From Octopus vulgaris (taxonomy: Eukaryota): a stretch of 64,000 bases of DNA. The notes under the pieces were generated by a model. The model worked only from the letters and a program-made list of their open reading frames with translations. It did no database searches and was not told the origin of the DNA. The stretch lies in assembly GCA_951406725.2 (NCBI GenBank), contig OX597828.1, positions 44,702,001 through 44,766,000 of the forward strand. The letters run 5' to 3'. Positions 12,650-25,989 of this stretch are shown here, piece by piece. Position 1 is the stretch's first letter. Every line of letters begins with the position of its first letter. The position numbers were made by a program, and so were the translations under genes.

Positions 12650-13080
12650 GCTTCCTTCATGGTGATGGAGTTGATGACTCTGTAGACCAATTCTTGCATA
12701 GAACTCTTGCATGGCAATGTTGTCTCTCCCTTTTCTCTTCTGGTGGCTTTGAAGGTTTTGGTTTCCGATGGTGATGGAACGGTGCCACTTGGTACAGTCT
12801 CAGGCTTGTGTTTCAAATGATTTGGGCTCAATTCCAATGGCTTTTAGTGTTGCTTTGAGTTTGTCCTTGTATCTTCAAACAGAACAACCTCATGGTATTT
12901 TACCTGTGAGGCCACTGAATAAGCCTTGACATGGGAAACTTGACTCTTCCATTCTTGCTACACGTCCTTACCATCAAAGACAGTGTTTTATGATCAGCAA
13001 TTTGATACTTTGACTGCTGGCGGCTCCTTCCAGAGCTTAGTTCTTGGTCACAAAGTGTTCTCGTTTGATGCTCAAGATTG
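12650..13080 (-). pseudogene. Old RTE/BovB-like LINE ORF C-terminal fragment
   Basis: Translates with stops to GRVARMEESSFP..RYKDKLKATLKAIGIEPKSFETQA*DCTKWHRSI..ARIGLQSH. Confidence 0.7.
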
Positions 13081-14053
13081 AACGAATAAAATTAGGAAAA
13101 AAGCAAGAAATAACAACAATTAGTAAGTATGGATATAAGCTTTAATAAAACAATTCTTCCAATATTAAACAATATTGATTTTTTTTCACACAGTTTTAGA
13201 TGAAAATTCTTGTAAAGAAAAATTCCAAAACATATTATGTAAGGATCCAAATAACAGGTGAATACTGAAAAATTTCATCATTTTATAAAGTCCCTCCAAA
13301 ATTTTGATTATTTTAAAAAATTAATGGGAATATGTAGATACGAATTTTATTAGAATATGGTTTAGAAAATGATTAATTGTTTAGCATGAAATTCTGATTA
13401 CCAGGAAAAAAACTGAAAAGTACACATATTGATTATATTTTTGATGAAGAAATCTTTCAAACTGATAAAAAATATTTGTGCTGAGATTTTTAAAATTTTA
13501 TAAGAGACGAGATGAAAAACAAATTAAGCGTTGCATTTCAAAATTTTAACCATGATTGCTAAAGTACATGTAACCTTTCATTCTGGTATTTGCTAAGAAT
13601 TTTGCCAACTGGTATAAAGGAAGTACTCAGCCTTTCATTCCGGAAATTCTAAAGAAAGCTCAAGTATAAAAAATATAAATAAATAAAAAAATTTTAAAAA
13701 ATACACAATCATATCTTTTTTATTTTGGGGATTTTTCTCTGAAAAGTTGAAAAATTTATGAAGTAGAAAATAATTTGATAGCAAAATGCTTGTTTTAGGT
13801 ATTTTTAAACTATGTAGTCAATAAAGTATCAAAGTGGATCGCACAATTTTTAAGGGCTTCTGTTAATTAGCAATTGCCAGAGGAAATTCTTGGTGAAGAA
13901 AAATGTCGTGCCCGGATAAGTCCATGCTCAGCTTTGCCAAATTGTTTCTCAGAGGTAATTCAGCATGCATCTGAAGACTTGCTCCCAAACTCTGCTTTCT
14001 TTCAAATTCTGTGTTGTCATTTTTTTCTTTTTTCCTTTCTTTAACACTGAAAC

Positions 14054-14084
<31 letters not shown>

Positions 14085-14105
14085 TAGTAATAATAATGAT
14101 AATAA

Positions 14106-14651
14106 ATGCCCTGATGCAGTACCAGACAGTGGCTCTCATGGCTTCTCATCTTAACTGATTGAAAGTGTTATCATGTACATTGATTTGTCTTGGTATAAAA
14201 GATGGGCTACAGCAAATATTCTGCTCAATACCACAGATTTGCTTGTCAGTTGTTTGACCTTAACCAGTTGAGCATGTCCCTTAGTGGCTGACGCTATGTG
14301 CATCTCTGACCACAAGCAGAAGTAGTGGGGGAGCATCAGAGCCATGTGCTGAGAGGGATTCTTTGGGGTTTCTCTTGAAATATGGGTGTTTCGTTCAACA
14401 TCCTTAAACAACCCTTATTCAGGGACCTTTTGAGCGGGATGGGTTACTCGACCAGAAGAAAATTCTAACTGGGCCCCACCTACAAGGTCATGTGCTGTTT
14501 ATCTTGATATGAGGGCACAAATTCATACATATGGCTGTGATGCATGTGCTTGGTGTGCTCTTATCAGATGTGTAGTTATGATGGGTATATTGGGCTTCGT
14601 TTATTTGTAGCCCAATGTCACTTTGATGGTATGCATTGCTCTTTCACTCAA
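14106..14651 (+). mobile_element. ~550-bp non-coding dispersed element inserted in (TAA)n
   Basis: Reverse-complement copy at 38811-39376; TAA repeats at both ends; orientation inferred from the TAA tail. Confidence 0.7.
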
Positions 14652-14764
14652 AAATAATAATAATACTAATATTTTAATCTGTAAGCTTTATCAAAAATAC
14701 TTTTAAATATATATAATAGCTAACACCTTTTATTGCCATCTTAAGATCACACTATTATAATAGC

Positions 14765-14768
14765 ATCG

Positions 14769-14807
<39 letters not shown>

Positions 14808-15132
14808 CCATCGTCCTATCATCATCATCATTATCATCATCGTCATCATCTTTATCATCATTGTCATCATCATGATCATCATCGTCATCATCTTTATCAT
14901 CACCATCACCCCATCATCATCATCATCAGCATCATCTTTATCATCATTGTCATCATCATCATCGTCATCATTAACACCATCGCCCCAATATCATCACCAT
15001 CACCCCATCATCATCATTATCGTCATCATCTTTATCATCATTGTCATCATCATGGTCATCATCATCTTTATCATCACCATCACCCCATCATGATCATCAT
15101 CATTATCATCATCTTTATCATCATTGTCAACG

Positions 15133-15166
<34 letters not shown>

Positions 15167-15235
15167 TGCCACCACCACCACCAACACCACCACCACCACC
15201 ACCACCACAACCATCATAATCATCATCGTCATTCA
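14765..15235. repeat. Degenerate (TCA)n/(CCA)n trinucleotide array
   Basis: Direct inspection. Confidence 0.9.
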
Positions 15236-15904
15236 CCATCCGTTTTTCCATGCTTGCATGGGTTGGACAGCATATATATTAATATTAATATTAATATTAG
15301 ATTATTGCATCCGTATTGAACAAACCGAGTCAATCCTTTTCTTTTCATTTGATGCACACTCTGGCCATAAATAGCTGTTCATGACAGATGTTATGTGTGC
15401 ACAGAAATTGATCTAACTAAAGTGAAACTTCATCATGAGAAAAATTCTTCAAAGAAACTACTGCAAGAATTTATCTTACAGAATTGTGCACACCAGTAAT
15501 TATTGTCCCATTTTGCATGCTGCTCTGCATTGAAATGATGCAGTCGGTGTGATATATTTTGCAGCAGTGGAAATTATTTTTGATCCCTTTAGCATCCAGA
15601 TTGATTTATTAAATGTAATTCTTAGTTATTCTTTTATTCTTTTATTCGTTTATTCTTTTACTTGTTTCAGTCACTTGATTGTGGCTTTGCTGGAGCACTG
15701 CCATAAAGGGTTTTGGTCGAAGAAATCGACACCAAGGACTTATTCTTTGTAAGCCTAATACTTATTCTATTGGTTTCTTTAGCTGAACTGCTAAGTTACA
15801 GAAGATGTAAACATGCCAGCATCAGTTGTCAAATGATGGTGAGATACACAGACACACACATGCACACACATAAATAAATACATATATATATGTATATATA
15901 TAAA

Positions 15905-15953
<49 letters not shown>

Positions 15954-16139
15954 TATATATATATATATTTATATATATATATAATACATACATGTATATG
16001 TGTGTGTGTGTTACATATATATCATCATCATCATCATCATCAAACGATGATGATGATGATGATGATGATGATATATATATGTACACACACACACACATAT
16101 ACATGTATGTATGTATATATATATATATATATATCAGAA

Positions 16140-16482
16140 TCGAAATCGATCAATGGAAATCGATCAATGGAAATTGCAGATGTGTTACCAGTGCCGGTGG
16201 CATGTAAGAGAACTTTCCGTATCGCGACCGTTGCCAGCACCGCCCGTTTCGTGTCCGTTGCCAGCCTCGCCTGGCCCTCGTGCCGTATAAAAGCACCATC
16301 CGTTCGTGGCCGTTTGCCAGCTCTGTCTGGCACCACACACACCCACTACACTCACGGAGTGGTTGGCGTTAGGAAGGGCATCCAGCCGTACTGCCAGATT
16401 TGACTGGGCCTGATGAAGCCTTCTGGCTTGTCCAACCCATGCTAGCATGGAAAACGGACGCTATATATGATGATGATGATGA
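16140..16482 (+). mobile_element. RTE LINE 3' UTR fragment (family B)
   Basis: Minisatellite units, AGGAAGGGCATCCAGC and (GAT)n tail. Confidence 0.8.
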
Positions 16483-16959
16483 TATATATGATGGGCTTCT
16501 TTCAGTTTCCGTCTACCAAATCCACTCACAAGGCTTTGGTTGGCCTGAGGCTATAGTAGAAGACACTTGCCCAAGGTGCCATGAAGTGAGACTGAACCTG
16601 GAACCATGTGGTTGAGAAGCAACCTTCTTAACACACCATCACATCCACATTTTAAAAAATTAATCACATATTATCATGTAGCTTCAAGATTTTGAAGATG
16701 CTATCATTTATTTTTAGAATGACAATGTCGGGTAGGTGGGAGAGGCTGAATCTGGCCAGTTTTAACATAAAATGGGTAAGATAATTGTACTGGACTTAAA
16801 TGCTAAAAGGTTAAATATAAAATATGATAAGAATATTGTTGTGGTTGTCTATTCTGTGGAAAATCCATAGGTCCAGCAAGGAATCATGATTTTTTTCTTG
16901 TATAGGCAGAAGACCTGGAATTTTCAGGGAGGGGGCTAGTCAATCACAGCAATACTAAT

Positions 16960-17345
16960 CATCATCATCATCATCATCGTTTAATGTCCGCTTTCTATGC
17001 TGGCATGGGTTGGATGTTTTGACTGAGGGCTGGTGAGCTAGGTGGCTGCACCAGGCTCCAATCCGATCTGGTAATGTTTCTACAGCTGGATGCCCTTCCT
17101 AACACCAACCACTCTGGGAGTGCAGTAGGTGCTTTTTATGTGCCACTGGCACAAAGGCCAGTCAGGCGATACTGGCATCAGCCAAGCTCAAATGGTGCTT
17201 TTTACATGCCACCGGCTGGGAGCCAGTCAGGTGGCACTGGCAACAACCACCCTTGAATGATGCTTTGTACGTGCCACCAGCACAAGAGCCAGTCTGGCAG
17301 CAATGGTATCGACCATGCTTGAAAGGTGCTTTTTAATGGCCACCT
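16960..17345 (-). mobile_element. RTE LINE 3' UTR fragment (family B)
   Basis: Reverse-complement homology. Confidence 0.75.
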
Positions 17346-17384
17346 ATCATGAAAATGAATGTGGTTTTCTGCTATCTTCTAAAT

Positions 17385-17785
17385 TTTATCTGTTTCATTC
17401 ATTAGACTGTGGCCATGCTGGGGCACCGCCTTGAAGAACTTTTTGTTGAATGAATCGAACCCTGCCTCCCGATACTTGTTTTATTTTCTTTAAGCTTTTT
17501 GCAGGACTGTGAAGTTACTGGGACGTAAACAAAACTACACTGGTTGTCAAGCAGTGACGGGGGTAGGGGTGGATAAACATAAACAGAAATACATACACAC
17601 ACACACATAAATACATATATATGACGGGCTTCTTTCAGTTTCCGTCTATCAAATCTACTCACAAGGCTTTGGTTGGCCCATGGCTGTAATAGAAGACACT
17701 TGCCCAAGGTGCCATGCAGTGGGACTGAACCCAGAACCATGTGGTTAGGCAGCAAGCTCCTTACCACACAGTCATGCCTGCACCT
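17385..17785 (-). mobile_element. SINE family A, diverged
   Basis: Reverse-complement homology to 7161-7543. Confidence 0.75.
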
Positions 17786-17819
17786 ATGTCAGTCTATATT
17801 TCAAATATTAAATTTTTCC

Positions 17820-18330
17820 ATACATCATCTTCATCATCATCATCATCATCATCATCGTTTAACATTTGTTTTCCATGCTGGCATGGGTTGGACGATTCGA
17901 TTGGAGCTGACCAGCTGAAGGGCAGTTTAAGTTCCATGTCTGTTTTGGCATGGTTTCTATAGCTGGATGCCTTTCCTAATGTCAACCACATTACAGAGTG
18001 TACTGGGCGCTTTTACACGGCTCCAGCGCAGGTGCTTTTTATGTGGCACCAGCATGTGCGAACCCACAAGATTAGGGATGCTCCGCCGGAGAGGATTGCA
18101 GGGGGTGAGCCTGAATGCAAGGGCAACTGTGCTTTTACTTAGCTTGACGTGTCTATTCAAGCACAGCAAACTGCCAAGAGTCTTGGTCCCCTGTCATCCC
18201 CTCTGAGAGCCCCAACATCTGTAGATCCTTTCTCATCCCTTAGTCCCACATCTTCCTGGGTCTACCCTTTCCACATGTTCCCTCTACAATTAAAGACCAA
18301 CACTTCTTCATACAACCATCTTCGTTAGTG
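17820..18330 (-). mobile_element. 5'-truncated RTE LINE: ORF end joined to family B 3' UTR
   Basis: EDGCMKKCWSLIVEGTCGKGRPRKMWD*GMRKDLQMLG..DQDSWQFAVLE*TRQAK* contiguous with the family B UTR and (GAT)n tail. Confidence 0.8.
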
Positions 18331-19880
18331 CATATTTTAATTTACCAATTCCTTGTTTTGCCTCAATTTCATCAGTTATTAATGATTTGGAGGCATTAGG
18401 AAAATGAAAACAAGTAATTTACAAAACTTAATTAATTTACACCAGTTAAATAAAATCTTTGTAATGTTAATTGCACTTGATTTAAATTAAAGCATTAATT
18501 AAATCTATAACATCGATGCAATAAATAAAAAATTAACAATAAAATTCTGAGTAAGGGATAATGATAAGTCATTGTACGCTTACTAAGTCATCAGTTGGTG
18601 GAGTTTGTAGAAGCATTTTCAGAATGCTTTTTCTGATATCTATTCTGAATCGCTACAGTTTGAGTTCAATTCTAACCGCGGTCAACATTCATGTTTTTTT
18701 TTTTTCCCGGTTATTTCAGGATTGATACAGAAATACTGATTCCTGGTTGTGGATTGGCAGAACTGCAAGAATATCAAAACAAAAAGCTTTGTGATATTTG
18801 TTTTGGCTCTTTGTGCTCTCACTGCTAATCCTATCATAGCCTGCTTGATTGGTAGATTTAACACATTAGCATTCAGTTTGCTCTGTCAAATACAATGCTC
18901 GCTAATCCACATTGTTTTGGAGTTAGTCATGCATTATCCTGTAGCTTCAACATTTCAATGATGCAACTGTTTCTTCGCAGAATGACATTGTAGAGTAGGT
19001 GTGAGAAGCTAAATCTGACCAGTTTTAACACATATATAATATATATATATATATATATGTATGCATGTATGTATGTATGTATGTATGTATGTATGTATGT
19101 ATGTATGTATGTATGTATGTATGTATGTATGTATGCATTTGTTCCCTCATCATCACTTGACAACCAATGTTGATGTGTTTACGCCCCTGTAACTTAGCAG
19201 TTCAGCAAAAGGAACCGATAGAATATGTACCAGGTTTAAGAAAAATGTACTGGGGGTCAATTCATTCGACTTGAAAATTCTTTAAGCTGGTGCCCCTGCA
19301 TGGCCACAGTCTAATGACTGTAACAAGTACAAAAAAGGGAGCATCTATCTGTTTGTCTGTCTTTATCTTTCACTTGTTTCAGTCATTAGAATGTGGCCAT
19401 ACTAGGGCACTGCCTTGAGTCTTATTCTATTGGTCTCTCTTGCCAAACTGCTAAGTTATGGGAACATAAACAAACCAACACCAGTTGTCAAGCATTGTCA
19501 AGCCACATGGTTTGGGGACCATTCCCATTGTGCAACACCTTGAGCAAGTGTTGTCTTACTATAGCCTAAGGCCGATCTAAGTCTTCTGAGTGGATTTGGT
19601 AGATGGAAACTGTGTGAAAACAGATGCTAAATGATGATGATGATGATACACACACACACACACACACACATATAGTTACTGGTTGACATTAATAAGGCAC
19701 TAGAGTGTTTATTATTCCAGTTAAAGTTGCTTTAAATGACAAAATCTTGACAGGAGGGGAAATGATATCCATTTTAAGAGCAGTTATAAGCATGAGGGTT
19801 CACATAAAATGCATAGCTTTCTTTAATTAGAGCTTTGGTGATAGATGTATGATAATGCTATTGAAGAATTTGGTATATGT

Positions 19881-20111
19881 TTAACCCTTCAGGGTTAAAA
19901 GTGTCTACATCTGATCCAAATATTCTACTCATTTCACATGTTAAAACTGGCCAGATCTTATCTCTCCCACTGACCCCACGATGTCATTCTAGAAATAAAC
20001 AATCACATCATCGGAATCTAGAAACTACGGGATAATGCATGATTAATCCCAGACAATGTGAATAAATAAGCAATTCATTTCATAGAGTAATCTGAATGCT
20101 AAAAAGGTTAA
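19881..20111 (+). mobile_element. piggyBac-like MITE family 2, old
   Basis: TTAACCCTT...ATGCTAAAAAGGTTAA; related pieces at 16650-16814, 18858-19030, and 27013-27100 plus 27880-28015 (split by an RTE insertion). Confidence 0.55.
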
Positions 20112-20905
20112 ACCAGCAGATGACTTCCAGAGTATAATACTATAATGGAAGACTTAATCTGTCTTCCTCACTTTCACCCAATCCCCACCTCTCTCTCTCT
20201 CTCTCTGTCTCTCTCACACACACACACACACACAGAGGCTCACAGATATAAACAGACATACATACAGATACATGAATGACTGTCACTTGCTTACAAATGG
20301 CTGTGTTGCGTTTATTTGGTTGCAATCATCATAACTTTGATTTTAGTGTGAATGGAAATGTTTTTCACACTCAAAAGACTTTGTTACTCTAACAAGCAAA
20401 GAACTGGCAAAATTACAAGACTGTGGGGTTTATTGGCTATTTCCAACCAATCAGAACTGTTATGTTTGGCATAATAATATTTCGTTGAACTTATTTCTAT
20501 AAAGATTCAGAAAATATTAAAATAAACATTATTCTCCTTCTTCAAAAGTTTTTCCTAATTCCTTCCTGCAACACATCGTCGTTTCTTGGTTGTGTTTTAT
20601 TTAAATAACAATTTGAATAACTTCTTACTGTAACAAAGTGAATGAAAAGGGAAATAGTCATCTGATGAGTAGTCAATGAACTGTGAAAAATGTCAGGAAA
20701 AATGTTCCTTTATTTTACCGTGTGCGATAGGAATTGTAACATATGTTCACATCTGTTTTTGAAGATTCACAGCAGTAAAAGGCTCAAAATTTGTAACCAA
20801 CCTAATCTAAATTCATTTTGAAATGTCTAACACATGCAGTGTGGTGCATAAATATTTATTAACGTTTATGTATGTATGTATGTGTGCATATATGTGTGGT
20901 CTGTG

Positions 20906-20987
<82 letters not shown>

Positions 20988-21084
20988 AATACATACATAT
21001 ATATATATATATACATATACTTAGATAACTTAGATATGTTTCGACCAAAGATTGGTCCACGCCATGTCTAACTTAATAGCACCA

Positions 21085-21127
<43 letters not shown>

Positions 21128-22175
21128 TATATACATACATACAAACATATATATACATATATATATACATATACATACATACATATATATATATACACAC
21201 ACACATATATATATACACACACACACACAGAGTAATCTTTCTATATTCTATAGAGACTGGAAAATTGCAACATTGCCTGTATGATGGTGATGTGCATTTA
21301 TTTGTTAAGACAAGACTGGGGGACACACAAACACAGACACACAGACACAGAGTTTAACTACAAATATATACGATTAGGAAACTTTTCGAGTGAGTGGTTC
21401 AGGGTTCAATCCTGTTGTGTGGCACCTTGATCAAAAGCCTTCTGCTATAATATCTGGATGATCAACATCTTGTGGGTGGATTAGGTTGACAGAAACTGAC
21501 AGAGACAGACAGATTGATAGATAGGTACATGAATGAATGAATGGATGGATAGCTGGGTCGTCATTGTCATCATCACTATCATCATTGCAAACTATCCACT
21601 TGTCCATATTTGCATGGATGAGACAATATTTGTTGTGGCAGATTTTCTATGGCTAGATGCTCCTCCTGTCACCAACATTCGCCTGCTTTTCAAGCAAACT
21701 AATATATTCCCATTATCGGACATGTTTTCAGGTAAGATTGGAAATGAACAACACTGCTGGTATGATGGTGATGTTCGTTTACATCTGTTACGTGATGTCA
21801 AGTCAGAGACACTAACCCCCCGACACACACACACCTTCACAGAAAAAGTACCAGGGTACATTTTCTCTGCGGAGCAGTCAGCAAACCATGAAGTAGTTCA
21901 CCAGGAAAGTTCTACCCTCTGTTTTCTATGCATTTCTTGTAAAGAATGTGTTGGTATTCTTATTCATATTTAACCCACAGTGAAGCTCAGTGACATTTCT
22001 AACATTTCCAGTTAGTGGTTATAATGTATAGTACTATTTCATTCTTTTTTAAAATTTTCAGCATGATTTCATCTGTAAGTTATTAATTAGGTATAAATAA
22101 TGAAGAGGAATATTTTATTGGAATTTATGATGATATTGAAAATAATGGTGATATAAATACATTAATATATATATG

Positions 22176-22214
<39 letters not shown>

Positions 22215-22234
22215 TCTTTTTTTTTTTCATTTTA

Positions 22235-22608
22235 CTCTCTTTTACTTGTTTCAGTCATTTGACTGCGGCCATGCTGGAGCACCGCCTTTAGTCGAGCAAA
22301 TCGACCCCGGGACTTATTCTATCGGTCTCTTTTTTGCCGAACCGCTAAGTGACGGGGACATAAACACATCAGCATCGGTTGTCAAGCAATGCTAGGGGGA
22401 CAAACACAGACACACAAACACACAAATACATATATTTATATATATACATATATACGACAGGCTTCTTTCAGTTTCCGTCTACCAAATCCACTCACAAGAC
22501 ATTGGTCGGCCCGGGGCTATAGCAGAAGACACTTGCCCAAGATGCCACGCAGTGGGACTGAACCTGGAACAATGTGGTTGGTTAGCAAGTTACTTACCAC
22601 ACAGCCAT
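22235..22608 (-). mobile_element. SINE family A
   Basis: Reverse-complement homology. Confidence 0.85.
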
Positions 22609-22974
22609 CACCATCATTTAACATCCATTTTTTAATGCTGGCATGAGTTGGATGGTTTGACCAGAGCTGGCAAGCTGGAAAGCTGGAGAACTGCATCAGA
22701 CTCCAGTCTGGTTTGGGATTGCTTCCACACCTGGATGCCCTTCATAATGCCAACCACTTTACAGAATGTACTGGACGCTTTTACATGGCACCACATGCAT
22801 GTTTTTTATGTGGCAGAGGTACAGGACTCTTACAGGCCAATTATATATATATACATATTTATATATATATATATATAATGGGAAGGTTTACAAAAATAAA
22901 CAAAAGACGAAGGCAGGTGGAGTACAAACAAACAATTGTATTAGTATGGCACTCAGGAATAGAAATAAAACAAG

Positions 22975-23012
22975 TCTTTTACGTTTCGAGCCTACGCTCT
23001 TCGACAGAAAGA
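22975..23012 (-). ncRNA. Minimal HHR-like motif, variant core CUGUCGA (element 22880-23043)
   Basis: TCTTT-CTGTCGA-A-GAGCgtagGCTC-GAAA-CGT-A-AAAGA. Confidence 0.55.
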
Positions 23013-23543
23013 TACACAGAAAAGAAACAAGGAGAGAAAAAATATATACATACGCACATGCATACATACATACATTCATACATACATGTATATATATATA
23101 TGGGGGGGGGGTTGTATATGTGTATGTATATATCTGTAATAATGATATGTTTATTACTAATAATAATAATAATATTTTTGTATTTATATACATACAAATA
23201 TGATATATGAACAACATGGAATCAATCACTCTCAAATGAAATGATGTATTGATTTATTGATCAATTCCCTTTGATGCTCTTCCAAATCATGCAATGGTTG
23301 CAGAGATATAACATGAAGACCCAAACTGATTAAAAAAAGCAACCTTCTTTAACATGTTTCGTATTTGTATATGTATTTGCATCAAACACATAAACATTTA
23401 CATCATACATACGTACATACATACATACATACACACACAAACATACATACAAACATACATATACATAGGCATACAAATGTATATATATATATATGCGCAT
23501 GTTTATATGTATATATATATATATATATATATGCACATATGTT

Positions 23544-23626
<83 letters not shown>

Positions 23627-23721
23627 ATGTATATATGTTTATATATATTTAATTCTATTTGTTAGGGAATAAAAATTCCGGCATAGCAGGGGTTCAAATT
23701 ATTCTCAATGAGGAAATATAT

Positions 23722-24056
23722 ATATTTTTCCATTTAGAGATAGTAGGTCCCTTCATCCCACCATATGAAAGAATTTTAATTTAATTTCATACTTACTACT
23801 TATATTTCGGCTACATGTGTTTCTTGAGGTTTTTTTCCCGGTTCCTTAACCACGCCGTGTTTTGCTGGAACCTTTCTTAAAATGTAGCCCCAATCATCAG
23901 GTCTCTACATCACTTTATCATAGTTTGATACTAAAAACTATGTGAACATTAAGAAACATGTGTAGCCGAAATATAAGTAGTAAGTATGAAATTAAATTAA
24001 AATTCTTTTATATGGTGGGATGAAGGGGACTACTATCTCTAAATGAAAAAAATATA
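23722..24056. mobile_element. PLE-like element with ~100-bp inverted arms
   Basis: Arms ~23722-23825 and ~23951-24056; minus-strand CTGATGA..GGCTACAT/ATGTAGCC-GAAA degenerate HHR; (TA)n flanks. Confidence 0.65.
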
Positions 24057-24102
<46 letters not shown>

Positions 24103-24163
24103 TGTATGTGTGTGTGTATGCATGTATGCAAATATATATGTATGTGTGTGTATATATATATAT

Positions 24164-24760
24164 ACATCCACTTGTTTTCAATAATAGAAATATTAAAATT
24201 ACTAAGTCTCTCTAAAAGGAGATTATGGCAGCGTTACTGGAAATTAATAGTTATCGCCATACTAATATGGCAGTCTTATAAATATAAGACTAAAGCTGTC
24301 GCTGATTAGCTCCAAGAGGCCGCCGCCTCTAGCTAGCTATTTGACACACAACCTGCATCCATTCGAACCTGCAGACTTAGTAATTTTAATATTTCTATTA
24401 TTGAAAACAAGTGGATGTATTCCACTGTAACTAGGTAAATTCTTCGAACAGAGGTGGTCAGTAGCGACACCTGCGGGTCTGACTACGCTGCATTGATAAG
24501 GGGGCAACAACTCTGAAACATGTCTGCAGCTGTCTGACTAGCAGGATGAAGCGGCTGACCTCCCCTGTTCGAAGGTTTGTAATGGACGCAGGTTGTGTGT
24601 CAAATAGCTAGCTAGAGGCGGCGGCCTCTTGGAGCTAATCAGTGACAGCTTTAGTCTTATATTTATAAGACTGCCATATTAGTATGGCGATAACTATTAA
24701 TTTCCAGTAACGCTGCCGTAATCTCCTTTTAGAGAGACTTAGTAATTTTAATATTTCTAT

Positions 24761-24763
<3 letters not shown>
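24164..24763 (+). mobile_element. PLE-like element with 5' inversion and terminal direct repeat
   Basis: 24181-24363 is inverted at 24581-24763; AGACTTAGTAATTTTAATATTTCTATTAT is directly repeated at 24373 and 24735. Confidence 0.75.
24487..24530 (+). ncRNA. Type I hammerhead ribozyme, U3-A8 core variant
   Basis: GCTGCA-TTGATAA-GGGG..CTCT-GAAA-CATG-TC-TGCAGC; 6-bp stem I, palindromic stem III, GUC site at 24524. Confidence 0.7.
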
Positions 24764-24808
<45 letters not shown>

Positions 24809-25529
24809 TGACCAGCTCCTTTCAGTTTCTGCCTTCCAAACTCACAAGGCTTTGGTCAGCCTGAGGCTATAATGGAAGACACTTGTCCAAGGTGTCACAC
24901 AATGGAATTGAACTCGGAACCATGTGGGTGGGAAGCAAACTTCTTACTGCACATCCTATCCTTTACATATTCACTTTGCTTTCGTTTTTTATTCCACATT
25001 TTTTTTTGTTGTTCTTTTCCCTCTTATTAGATTATTCACATCCCAGCCCCATCATCACGCTACCATCACTTACGTTCCACTCACAAACCACCCCACATTC
25101 TCTCCCTCTCTTTCTCTCTCTCACTTTCTTTCTCTTTTTCTTTCACTCTCTCTTTCTCTTTCTTTCTCTTTCTCTCTCCTCACCACCCCCACCACAACAG
25201 TAGTGACCAATTATTATGAATGCCATCAATCACATGGTAACACGCCACAACATACCACTATGCACAGCTCAGTAATTACCCACCTACCACCACCACCACC
25301 ACCACCACTACCACCACCACCACCACCACCACCACCTCTTTTATTAGCAACTGGACAGCAATTAATTGATTATCTAACTTTAACTGAACACAGCCACCCC
25401 CACCACCATCACCACCACCAACAACAACAACATCAACACCACATCCCAGCTTATAATGACCAACAACTACTACTACTACTACCGTAACCACCACCACCAA
25501 CTAACCCTCGAACACCATCTCCACCCCAG

Positions 25530-25566
25530 TTTACTACTACTACTACTACTATTACTACTACTACTT

Positions 25567-25636
<70 letters not shown>

Positions 25637-25655
25637 TACTACTACTACTACTACT
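25530..25655. repeat. (CTA)n microsatellite
   Basis: Direct inspection. Confidence 0.95.
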
Positions 25656-25989
25656 TGTAGAATAACTATAGCAACACCAACCTCAACTACAACAAGGACA
25701 AATAAAATTGAGCACCACTAACAACAATAGCCAAATCTCCCTTGAATCACACCCTGCTGTTCTAAAGAAAAGAAAAGACACATGTAGGATGGTCGCAGTT
25801 GGAATGCTTTTGGTCATAGGTCTGCTTGATCAGAGTTGACCTGAAGTTAATAACAACAGAAGCAAGATTGATTTATCTAATTTCCATACATAAACTAGCC
25901 AGTATGATTTAAGCCATTCTAGCCTGCCTAGCAGATAACCTTGTTTCACAGACTTGTTGTTATAAGTAATTTTTCAATAAAACGTAGAG

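Noticed and set aside
20657-20700. CTGATGA-GTAGT..ACTGT-GAAA-AATG-TC HHR-like motif
   Set aside because: Stem II depends on G-U pairs, stems I and III are mismatched, and there is no paralog in the window
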